A DNA stretch of 28,059 nucleotides from assembly GCA_002793035.1 (NCBI GenBank), contig PFPL01000047.1, positions 1-28,059 of the forward strand. Direction: 5' to 3'. This DNA comes from Candidatus Magasanikbacteria bacterium CG_4_10_14_0_2_um_filter_33_14 (lineage in GTDB: Bacteria > Patescibacteriota > Patescibacteriia > Magasanikbacterales > UBA922). A model generated the notes under the pieces. The model saw nothing but the letters and a program-made list of their open reading frames with translations, searched no databases and was not told the origin of the DNA. Both the position numbers and the translations under genes were made by a program. This document shows, piece by piece, positions 1 through 8,775 of this stretch. Positions within the stretch are counted from its first letter, which is position 1. Each line of letters begins with the position of its first letter.

Positions 1-1368
1 CTGACAAGTTGTCAATCTCAAGAGATGCTTGAATTCCCAGGTGGTATCATGGGTGTAGCTTTGAATTTGGAAGAAGAAACTGTTGGTGCCATGATTCTTG
101 GTGAATATGAAAAAATCAAAGAAGGAGATACGGTCAAGAGAACAGGTAGAATTTTGTCAGTACCTGTTGGTGAAAAAGTAATTGGTCGTGTTGTAAATGC
201 TCTTGGACAAGCCATTGATGGAAAAGGCGAAATTGTAACAAAAGAATTTTATCCTATAGAAAAGACTGCTCCTGGTGTGATGAGTCGTCAACCTGTTGGT
301 GTTCCTGTTCAAACTGGTATCAAAGCTATTGATGCTATGATTCCAATCGGACGTGGACAACGTGAACTTATTATTGGTGATCGTCAGACTGGTAAGACTG
401 CTATTGCTATTGATGCTATCATCAACCAAAAAGGTCAAAACATGAAATGTATTTATGTAGCTATTGGACAAAAAGAATCAAAAGTAGCTCGTATTGTAGC
501 CAAACTTGAAGAAAATGGTGCTATGGAATACACAACTGTAGTAGTAGCTGGCGCATCTGATCCTGCTGCTATGTCTTTCATCGCTCCTTATGCTGGTGTT
601 ACTATGGCTGAATACTTCGCTGACAAAGGTGAAGATGTCTTAATCGTCTATGATGATCTTACCAAACAAGCTTGGGCTTATCGTGAAATTTCTTTGTTAC
701 TAAGACGCCCACCAGGACGTGAAGCTTATCCTGGAGACGTATTTTATCTTCATTCTCGTCTGCTAGAACGTGCTTGTAACTTGAACAAAGAACATGGTGG
801 TGGATCAATCACAGCTCTTCCTATTATCGAAACTCAAGCAAGTGACGTGACTGCTTATATCCCTACCAACGTTATTTCTATTACTGATGGTCAGATTTTC
901 TTGGAAACAGATTTGTTTTTCAAAGGTATTCGTCCTGCTGTAAACGTCGGTATCTCAGTTTCTCGTGTGGGTGGTGCAGCTCAAACAAAACCAATGAAAA
1001 AAGTTTCTGGTAAAATCAAGCTTGCTCTTGCTCAATATCGTGAACTTGAAGCTTTTGCTCAATTTGCTAGTGACTTGGACGTGGAAACTAAGAAACAATT
1101 GGATAGAGGTGCTAGAGTAGTAGAACTTATGAAACAACCTCAATATAGTCCTATGGATGTGGCTGATCAAGTTGCTTCTATTTACGCAGTTGATAATGGT
1201 TATTTCGATGATGTCGCTGTCGTAGATATTTTGAAAACAGAAGAAAAATTATTGGATTTTCTAAAAGGTAGTCATTCATCACTTTTAGAAAAAATTTCTA
1301 AAGGTGATTGGGAAGATAGTACTGTTGCAGATTTGAAGAGTGCTTGTGAAGAGTTCAAGAAACAATAA
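1..1368 (+). CDS. atpA: F1Fo ATP synthase alpha subunit (5'-truncated by window edge)
   Basis: The frame is open from base 1 ([15 protein letters not shown]...), so the true start lies upstream of the window. Walker A GDRQTGKT is present. Typical alpha-subunit stretches are [27 protein letters not shown] and [26 protein letters not shown]. The gene is followed by atpG, atpD and atpC. Confidence 0.97.
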   Translation: MTSCQSQEMLEFPGGIMGVALNLEEETVGAMILGEYEKIKEGDTVKRTGRILSVPVGEKVIGRVVNALGQAIDGKGEIVTKEFYPIEKTAPGVMSRQPVGVPVQTGIKAIDAMIPIGRGQRELIIGDRQTGKTAIAIDAIINQKGQNMKCIYVAIGQKESKVARIVAKLEENGAMEYTTVVVAGASDPAAMSFIAPYAGVTMAEYFADKGEDVLIVYDDLTKQAWAYREISLLLRRPPGREAYPGDVFYLHSRLLERACNLNKEHGGGSITALPIIETQASDVTAYIPTNVISITDGQIFLETDLFFKGIRPAVNVGISVSRVGGAAQTKPMKKVSGKIKLALAQYRELEAFAQFASDLDVETKKQLDRGARVVELMKQPQYSPMDVADQVASIYAVDNGYFDDVAVVDILKTEEKLLDFLKGSHSSLLEKISKGDWEDSTVADLKSACEEFKKQ

Positions 1369-1413
1369 ACAATTAACAATAAACAATTAACAATTAACAA
1401 CTATCATCATTCT

Positions 1414-1980
1414 ATGCCAGAAAAAACAGATCCAAAATTTATACCTGGAGTGGAGAAAATTCCGGGGGTTATTTCTGGGAGCGAAAGTGTAGTTGAACAA
1501 CCAAATAAAGAACAAAACGGTGCTGATATGGGGGATTCTCATTTGGATGTAAAAAAAACTACTGATAAAGATGAAATGACGGAGGCTGAAGTTAGAATTT
1601 TTTTGCAAGATTTTGGAGAAGCTTCTGAAATAGATGATTTGGAAAAATCTTTGAAAGAACATTTAGATAAAATAAAGGTTATTTGCACAAATATAATGAG
1701 TGATTTAGGTAAATTTTCAAGCCGTGTATTTAAAAGAAAAGCTTTAGACAGAAATTTAAAAAATATTAATAATTTAAATAGACGTGAACTTGTCTTTGTC
1801 AAAACTATTGAGGAGAGTAAGAGAACTGAAATGATCAAAAAGTATTATGAGATACAAGAGAGTATATGGAAATTTTTAGATAAAACCAGATCAAGTTCTT
1901 GGGAGTATAATAGTGATAAAGACAAATTAGAATCAATTAGAGTTACAATCAATTTTATTTTGTCAATAATAAACAAATAA
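1414..1980 (+). CDS. Hypothetical protein (188 aa) inserted between atpA and atpG; no recognisable family
   Basis: Long ORF on the operon strand that fills the atpA-atpG gap. The N-terminus is Lys/Glu/Asp-rich and low-complexity; the C-terminal half looks helical. There is no TM segment and no motif I recognise. It is visibly more A/T-rich than the flanking atp genes. Confidence 0.6.
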   Translation: MPEKTDPKFIPGVEKIPGVISGSESVVEQPNKEQNGADMGDSHLDVKKTTDKDEMTEAEVRIFLQDFGEASEIDDLEKSLKEHLDKIKVICTNIMSDLGKFSSRVFKRKALDRNLKNINNLNRRELVFVKTIEESKRTEMIKKYYEIQESIWKFLDKTRSSSWEYNSDKDKLESIRVTINFILSIINK

Positions 1981-2004
1981 ACCAATTAACTAATAAACTA
2001 ATAT

Positions 2005-2970
2005 ATGGCAGTGTCCGCTAAAGCAATCAAAACTAGAATAAAATCAGTTTCCAACACCAAGAAAATTACCAAGGCTATGGAAATGGTTTCTGCTGCAAAA
2101 ATGCGCAAAGCTGTGCAGGCTGCTTTGGATACTAGAGAGTATGCAACAACCGCTTGGGATTTGCTGATAAATTTGTCAAAAACTGAAAAAGAGGGTATGC
2201 CTCTCCTAGAAGTCAGACAAGTAAAAAGACTTTTGGTTGTACTTATTACTTCCAATCGTGGTCTTTGTGGTAGTTTCAATTCCAATATTATCAAAAAAAC
2301 AGCTGCTCAACTAAAAGATCCAAGAAATCTTAGTATGCAACGTGCTCGTAACGGTCATATCGAACCAAATGAGAATTTGGAAGTGGATGTAATTGGTATT
2401 GGACGCAAAGGTGCTGATTTTTGTAAAAAACATGGTTATAATCTTATTGCTTCTTTCAATACTATTTCTGATAAACCAGTTTTGGAAGATGTGATGGTCG
2501 CTTCTCAAATGATTATTGGAAATTATATTGAAAAGAAATATGATAAAGTTGTAGTATCTTATACCGATTATCGCTCAGCTGTTGCTCAAGAAGCAAAAAT
2601 TCGTCAAGTATTGCCAATTTCAGAATTTGATTTGGAAAAGACTATTACAGAATTGGGGCGTGATGAAGATTTGCAAGATAGAACTCTTAGTAAAGATAAA
2701 CAAGAACAATTGAATGAATATTTGTTTGAACCTGGTAAGAAAAAAGTATTGGAAACAATTTTGCCTAGACTTGTAGAAATGCAAATTTATCAATCACTTT
2801 TGGAAAGTTCTGCTAGTGAACACAGTGCTCGTATGCTTGCTATGAAAAATGCAGGGGACTCTGCCAATGATATGATAAAAGAATTGAATCTTACTTACAA
2901 CAAAACTAGACAAGCTGCTATTACTCAAGAAATTGCTGAAATCGCTGGTGGTGCTGCTGCGCTTAGTTAA
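2005..2970 (+). CDS. atpG: F1Fo ATP synthase gamma subunit
   Basis: N-terminus IKTRIKSVSNTKKITKAMEMVSAAKMRKA and C-terminus ARMLAMKNAGDSANDMIKELNLTYNKTRQAAITQEIAEIAGGAAAL are classic gamma-subunit termini. Position in the operon agrees. Confidence 0.93.
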   Translation: MAVSAKAIKTRIKSVSNTKKITKAMEMVSAAKMRKAVQAALDTREYATTAWDLLINLSKTEKEGMPLLEVRQVKRLLVVLITSNRGLCGSFNSNIIKKTAAQLKDPRNLSMQRARNGHIEPNENLEVDVIGIGRKGADFCKKHGYNLIASFNTISDKPVLEDVMVASQMIIGNYIEKKYDKVVVSYTDYRSAVAQEAKIRQVLPISEFDLEKTITELGRDEDLQDRTLSKDKQEQLNEYLFEPGKKKVLETILPRLVEMQIYQSLLESSASEHSARMLAMKNAGDSANDMIKELNLTYNKTRQAAITQEIAEIAGGAAALS

Positions 2971-2979
2971 GTTAATATT

Positions 2980-3540
2980 ATGGATATACTGGAAAGACAT
3001 GTTGATAATGAACCAAATAAAGTAAGAGATTTTAAAGATTTTAAATTATCTGAAGATTTGTTTGAGGATGCTGAAGGTAGAAATTTAAAATTTAAATATG
3101 CTTATGATAATAATCCTTCTGTAGAAATTGAATTGGAATTTAGAAAACAAATAAAAGAAGAAAAAGAAGATTATTTTATAAAAATAAAAAAAGATGGTGA
3201 AAATATAGTAGAATTGACCTTTGAATTTTATCAAGAAAATAATAGTTTATTAGTTACTGATAGTATAGATAAATCAAATAATTTGGATAATGAGGATAAG
3301 GATAGATTGAAAGAAATAGGTACTGAACTATATAAAAGGATGATTGAATTTTTTGAAAGTTTATCTGATGATAAAAAAGAAAAATTTGAACATCGTGTTA
3401 TACCTTATCCAAGTTCTGAAATGAGCTTATCTACATGGAATAAAATTTTTCTTGAAAATGTAGGTCTTAAATCAAAGGGTTACAAATTAAAATCTCCAAA
3501 GAAAAGGAATGATGTGTATTATTGGAGTAAAGTTTATTAG
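2980..3540 (+). CDS. Hypothetical protein (186 aa) inserted between atpG and atpD; no recognisable family
   Basis: ORF on the operon strand starting 10 nt after the atpG stop. It is very Lys/Glu/Asn/Asp-rich, has no TM segment and carries no recognisable motif. It is more A/T-rich than the atp genes. Confidence 0.55.
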   Translation: MDILERHVDNEPNKVRDFKDFKLSEDLFEDAEGRNLKFKYAYDNNPSVEIELEFRKQIKEEKEDYFIKIKKDGENIVELTFEFYQENNSLLVTDSIDKSNNLDNEDKDRLKEIGTELYKRMIEFFESLSDDKKEKFEHRVIPYPSSEMSLSTWNKIFLENVGLKSKGYKLKSPKKRNDVYYWSKVY

Positions 3541-3584
3541 AAAAAAATATTCAATTAAATTTTAAAAAATAAAAAGAATTTTAA

Positions 3585-4970
<1,386 letters not shown>

Positions 4971-5099
4971 GAAGGCCTGAAAGGCCAGAAAAGCCAAAAA
5001 GGCTTGAAAGGCTATTAAGGTTATAAGTTAGAAAATAAATAATTGAAAAGTACAAAGCTTTTTAGGCATTTCAAGCTTTTCAAGCATTTTAAGCCTTTA
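4971..5099. repeat. Two opposed arrays of a 9-bp unit in the atpD-atpC spacer
   Basis: Array A (4971-5023) reads gaaggcct/gaaaggcca/gaaaagcca/aaaaggctt/gaaaggcta/ttaaggtta. Array B (5055-5099) reads aagcttttt/aggcatttc/aagcttttc/aagcatttt/aagccttta. The B units are roughly the reverse complement of the A units (aagccttt pairs with aaaggctt). Confidence 0.8.
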
Positions 5100-5101
5100 A
5101 T

Positions 5102-5521
5102 ATGATGATCAAATTCAGCGTTATCACACCAGAAAAAAAAGTTTACGAAAACGAAGTTTTTCAAGTAAGTATTCCTACTACAACTGGTGAAATTACAGTA
5201 TTGCCAGGCCATATTCCTATGGTATCTGTTCTTCAAGCTGGAGAAATGAGAATAAAAGACAAAGATGGTGAACATCCTTATGCTGTCTCTGCTGGTTTCT
5301 TGGAAGTAAGAGCAAACAATGAACTTGTTATTTTGGCTGATAGAGCTGAAAGAGCTGACACTATTGATTTGGTTCGTGCTGAAGAATCTCGCAAGAGAGC
5401 AGAAGAAGAAATGAAAAAAGCCAAAGCTGGTCAAGATGTTGACTATGCTAGACTCCAAGCTTTGATTGACAAAGAGATGAACAGAATCAGAGTTGGTAAT
5501 AAATATAGAAAATTAAAGTAA
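5102..5521 (+). CDS. atpC: F1Fo ATP synthase epsilon subunit
   Basis: N-terminal beta-sandwich signature VITPEKKVYENEV...IPTTTGEITVLPGHIPMVSVLQAGEMRI, with a helical C-terminal domain. It is the last gene of the atp cluster. An alternative start is at 5105. Confidence 0.9.
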   Translation: MMIKFSVITPEKKVYENEVFQVSIPTTTGEITVLPGHIPMVSVLQAGEMRIKDKDGEHPYAVSAGFLEVRANNELVILADRAERADTIDLVRAEESRKRAEEEMKKAKAGQDVDYARLQALIDKEMNRIRVGNKYRKLK

Positions 5522-5528
5522 AAAATAG

Positions 5529-5553
5529 AACCACTTTTTAAAGGTGGTTTTTT
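5529..5553 (+). terminator. Rho-independent terminator after atpC
   Basis: aaccac(ttt) tta (aag)gtggtt stem followed by a T-run, 8 nt after the atpC stop. Confidence 0.7.
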
Positions 5554-5566
5554 AATATAAATTTAT

Positions 5567-6634
5567 ATGAATGAAAATGGATTATCTGTCGATCCAAACG
5601 ACATAGTAGAATCTCCAGAAAGGAAAGAAATGAGTAGAGGAGATCTACATCGAGATATTGAAAAAAATTTAAAAGAAAATAAAGTAAAACCTGTAGAAGC
5701 CAGAGAATTAATGGCAAAAATTTCAGAGACTTGTGTTGATGGTAGACGTGAAGAAGGTGCTATAGGTACTCCTGGTGGTAATGCTGGTGAATTTGTTTTG
5801 ATGCTCGCTGCTCAATTTGGTGAAAGGTCAGCTAAAATTACACGTGACAATATTAGTCGGTATCTTGAATATTTTTTAGAAGTTAATGGTAGTTTTTATT
5901 TTCATACAGATAGAAAAGCCCTAGGTAATATATCAGAGGAAACTATTAAAGATCCAGAAGTGGAAGGATATAAAGAATTATTAAGAAAGTTAACTTCAAT
6001 TGAACATGTTGGTTGTGGTCATTTGGCAAAACTTTTACAATTTCCTAAAGAATATGGTGTAAATGAAACTTTTATAAAGAATGTTATTGAGGCTATTTAT
6101 TTTAGAATGTGGACCGTAAACAATGCTTTATCTAAAGCTACAAACGAAGCTGAAAAAGAAAAAATAATGAAAAGAAAAAGAATTGACTTTGAAATTTTAT
6201 CTGGAACTCATGAGGAAAAGGCTGTAGTTGTAGTAAAAAGAGTAAAAAATAATGTGGAAACAGGAGAGAAAAAAGAATTAGATACTATAAGCTTAGATTC
6301 CAAAGTTCCTATGATTTCCCCAAAAGGTAATGGCGTTTCTTTTTTTGTTTCTCATCCTAAGGCTAAAGGTTTTTTGAGAGCTAGTTTAGCTGCTGAAGCT
6401 GAAAGAATTTTTCCAGATGAGGGAGTTAATAGTGAAGATTTATTGAAGAAGATTAATGATTTGGGTAAAATACAAAGTGCTCAAACTTTGGCTCGTTTAG
6501 CTGTCACAAGAAGAGAGGGGCAACCAGATCGAGGTTATCCTATTTTTCTGGCAGTTTATGATGAAGAAGGTATTTTTTTGAGGTTAGAAGATGATGGTAG
6601 TAATGTTGCTACTTTGGCTGAGTTACAATCTTAA
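5567..6634 (+). CDS. Hypothetical soluble protein (355 aa) with CxDxR ... HxxCG motif pair
   Basis: Long ORF with ordinary composition and no TM segment. CVDGR lies at residues 56-60 and HVGCGH at residues 147-152. I cannot assign a family. Confidence 0.7.
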   Translation: MNENGLSVDPNDIVESPERKEMSRGDLHRDIEKNLKENKVKPVEARELMAKISETCVDGRREEGAIGTPGGNAGEFVLMLAAQFGERSAKITRDNISRYLEYFLEVNGSFYFHTDRKALGNISEETIKDPEVEGYKELLRKLTSIEHVGCGHLAKLLQFPKEYGVNETFIKNVIEAIYFRMWTVNNALSKATNEAEKEKIMKRKRIDFEILSGTHEEKAVVVVKRVKNNVETGEKKELDTISLDSKVPMISPKGNGVSFFVSHPKAKGFLRASLAAEAERIFPDEGVNSEDLLKKINDLGKIQSAQTLARLAVTRREGQPDRGYPIFLAVYDEEGIFLRLEDDGSNVATLAELQS

Positions 6635-6660
6635 AAAGTTGTCTAAGCAATATTAGAATA

Positions 6661-7397
6661 GGCTCTAGACTAGCAGAAAGTATGATATACTATCAATACT
6701 ATGCTAGATACAGCCAAAATAAGTGAATATAAAATCAAAAAAATTATTACCCATTTTTGTTTAGATATTACCGCTGACAGAACGGCATATTTGCTGGGTA
6801 TAAATCGCAATACGATTAACCATTGGTATAAGATATTTCGACTTGCAGTTTATGCCTGGCAAATGAAAGAATGTAAAAAAATATTTGGTGAAGCAGAAGT
6901 GGATGAAAGTTACTTTGGTGCAAAACGGAAACGTGGCTATCGCGGAAAGCTGAAACGTGGTAGAGGAACTCAGAAACAACCGGCGTTTGGTTTGTTCAAA
7001 CGTAATGGAAGAGTGTATACTGAAATCATTCCCAATTGTACCAAAGCTGTATTACAAGGTATAATTAAAGGAAAAGTTGATCCATCTATGGTTATTTATT
7101 CAGATAAATGGCGTGGCTACGATGGGCTTGTTGACGTGGGATATGACAAACACTTTCGTGTGAATCATGGTGACAATGAATTTTCAAAGGGCAATGGTGT
7201 TCACATCAATGGTATTGAGAACTTCTGGAGCTTTACCAAACGACGTCTTACTAAATTCAATGGGGTGAAGAAAAATTTTGAACTTCATCTCAAAGAATCT
7301 GAATGGCGTTATGATAAAGATCCAAAAGTTCTTGAAAAAGAACTGTGGATTATTCTTAAAGGGCACTCTAAATTGTAAGTTTTGCTAGTCTAGAGCC
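6661..7397 (+). mobile_element. Intact IS1595-family insertion sequence
   Basis: Perfect terminal inverted repeats: ggctctagactagca (6661-6675) and tgctagtctagagcc (7383-7397). They are extendable to 17 bp if flanking bases are counted. The direct repeat tagaata sits immediately outside both ends (6654-6660 and 7398-7404). The element carries a single transposase ORF. Confidence 0.85.
6701..7378 (+). CDS. IS1595-family (ISXO2-like DDE) transposase
   Basis: N-terminal HTH-like segment (RTAYLLGINRNTINHWY). Catalytic-region pattern VDESYFG ... VIYSDKWRGYDGL ... HINGIENFWSFTKRRL is typical of the ISXO2-like transposase domain. Confidence 0.85.
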   Translation: MLDTAKISEYKIKKIITHFCLDITADRTAYLLGINRNTINHWYKIFRLAVYAWQMKECKKIFGEAEVDESYFGAKRKRGYRGKLKRGRGTQKQPAFGLFKRNGRVYTEIIPNCTKAVLQGIIKGKVDPSMVIYSDKWRGYDGLVDVGYDKHFRVNHGDNEFSKGNGVHINGIENFWSFTKRRLTKFNGVKKNFELHLKESEWRYDKDPKVLEKELWIILKGHSKL

Positions 7398-7412
7398 TAG
7401 AATAATATAAGG

Positions 7413-7444
7413 AATCATAGTCTTTATCAAAACTATGGTTTTTA
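7413..7444 (+). terminator. Rho-independent terminator, probably belonging to CDS 5567..6634 and displaced by the IS insertion
   Basis: Stem aatcatagt / actatggtt (one G-U pair) with a 10-nt loop, running into a short T-run (ttttt at 7439-7443). It lies just outside the right end of the IS1595 element. Confidence 0.5.
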
Positions 7445-7499
7445 TAAGATACAAAAAAAGTCAAAAAACTGTGCATATGTATTTTTTTAATACTTAACA

Positions 7500-8092
7500 A
7501 AATCCTCCAGCGAAGCTGGACGGTTACCATCCCATCAAAGATGGACTAGTTTACAACAAAGAGCCAGATAGTGTAGAATAATAACATATGACTAAGCCAA
7601 ACTACTACCGAAAAAGCAATCATACGACATACGATTGTCGCTACCATATTGTATTTATACCAAAATATAGATATCATGTACTCTCAGACGAAAAGGTAGC
7701 AACATTCGTGAAAACAGTATTTGAACAAGTATGTAATAATAATGAGGTAGTTATTATTGAAGGGAAGATACGTTCTAATCATGTCCACTTGTATCTATCC
7801 GTACCTCCTAAACATTCAATAGCAGACATAGTTAAATATCTCAAGGAAAAGAGTGCTTCACGTTCATTTAGACAATTTCCAGAACTCCTAAAACGCTACT
7901 GTGGCAGACACTTTTGGGCACGAGGATACTTTGTAAGTACTGTTGGCATAACAGATGATATAATAAAGGCTTACATACATAACCAAGAAGAGAAAGAACG
8001 GCAAGAGGAAGAACAACTACGTCAATTAAAACTTTGGAAATAGCACGACAAAGTCGGTGTCCCGTGAAACCGCCGACTATGTCGGCGGTAAT
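7500..8092 (+). mobile_element. IS200-type element (IS200/IS605 family, tnpA only); boundaries approximate
   Basis: A Y1 transposase ORF is flanked by locally GC-rich hairpins. Upstream hairpins are tccagc-gaa-gctgga (7506-7520) and ccatc-aaa-gatgg (7532-7544). The downstream hairpin is accgccgac-tat-gtcggcggt (8069-8089). There are no terminal inverted repeats, as expected for this family. Confidence 0.65.
7588..8043 (+). CDS. tnpA: IS200/IS605-family Y1 (HUH) transposase TnpA
   Basis: YDCRYHIVFIPKYRY, the HUH motif SNHVHLYLSVPP, and the catalytic-Tyr region HFWARGYFVSTVG. The size (151 aa) is typical. Confidence 0.92.
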   Translation: MTKPNYYRKSNHTTYDCRYHIVFIPKYRYHVLSDEKVATFVKTVFEQVCNNNEVVIIEGKIRSNHVHLYLSVPPKHSIADIVKYLKEKSASRSFRQFPELLKRYCGRHFWARGYFVSTVGITDDIIKAYIHNQEEKERQEEEQLRQLKLWK

Positions 8093-8231
8093 TCATTGAC
8101 ATTTAGTATGTTTAGTGAGAAAATATATCCTGTCATAAATCTATTAGTCTTAGATATGCCACTATTTTAGTAAAAAATGACTTTTCCTCGTTTTTTTGTA
8201 GATTATAACAAAACATTATTTTAGTACTTTT

Positions 8232-8774
8232 ATGTTAAAATTTTTTGTAAAAATATTTAAAACACCTGAAAATATAATTTCTTTTCCAAAAAACGATCTT
8301 AGCCAGATGGATTTTTTTGAAATTGGAGAAAAAATACAAGATAAAGTAAAAAAAATGTTTAGTGGTTCTTTGGCTATCAGACAAATTGACGCTGGATCAG
8401 ACAATGCCTGTGAACAAGAACTTGTGGCGTTGTCTAATAGTTTTTATGATATAGAACGTTTTGGTATTCATTTTGTGGCTTCACCAAGACATGCTGACAT
8501 GCTTTTGGTGACTGGTCCTGTGACACGAAATATGGTCAAGGCACTTAAAGATGCTTATGATGGTACTCCTGATCCTAAAATTGTGGTAGCAATAGGGGAT
8601 GATGCTATTGGTGGGGGAATATTTAAAGATTCTTATGCTGTATTAAATGGAGTAGATTCAGTAATACCTGTAGATTATCAAATTCCTGGAGATCCTCCTA
8701 CACCTACTTTTATTCTTCAATCTTTACTTAAGATTCTTGAAACAATAGAAAATAAACCTTCACAGAAAAAATAA
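8232..8774 (+). CDS. NuoB/HycG/HyfI-like hydrogenase small-subunit homologue with degenerate Fe-S ligands
   Basis: Family motifs ERFGIHFVASPRHADMLLVTGPVTR, PDPKIVVAIGDDAIGGGIF and VDYQIPGDPPTP are present. The positions normally holding the four cluster cysteines read D57, C60, D124 and D154. Confidence 0.85.
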   Translation: MLKFFVKIFKTPENIISFPKNDLSQMDFFEIGEKIQDKVKKMFSGSLAIRQIDAGSDNACEQELVALSNSFYDIERFGIHFVASPRHADMLLVTGPVTRNMVKALKDAYDGTPDPKIVVAIGDDAIGGGIFKDSYAVLNGVDSVIPVDYQIPGDPPTPTFILQSLLKILETIENKPSQKK

Positions 8775-8775
8775 T

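Noticed and set aside
4971-5099. Possible CRISPR array or minisatellite in the atpD-atpC spacer
   Set aside because: The units are only 9 bp and directly abut each other without spacers. The two blocks are in opposite orientation. This is not CRISPR architecture, so it is reported as an inverted tandem-repeat structure instead.
5021-5458. 145-aa minus-strand ORF antisense to atpC and the repeat spacer
   Set aside because: It lies entirely opposite the well-supported atpC gene. Its KGLKCLKSLKCLKS stretch is simply the 9-bp repeat translated. It is a shadow ORF.
5732-6022. Annotating CDS 5567..6634 as a beta-carbonic anhydrase
   Set aside because: Only the two short ligand motifs (CxDxR and HxxCG) match. 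Their spacing and the intervening sequence do not fit the canonical family as I recall it. It is kept as a hypothesis in the findings rather than an annotation.
8096-8124. TTGACA at 8096-8101 as the promoter of the Hyf-like operon
   Set aside because: The best -10 candidate at 17-nt spacing is GAAAAT, which is weak. The hexamer lies at the approximate edge of the IS200-type element, so it could be element-derived. This is too uncertain to list as a feature.
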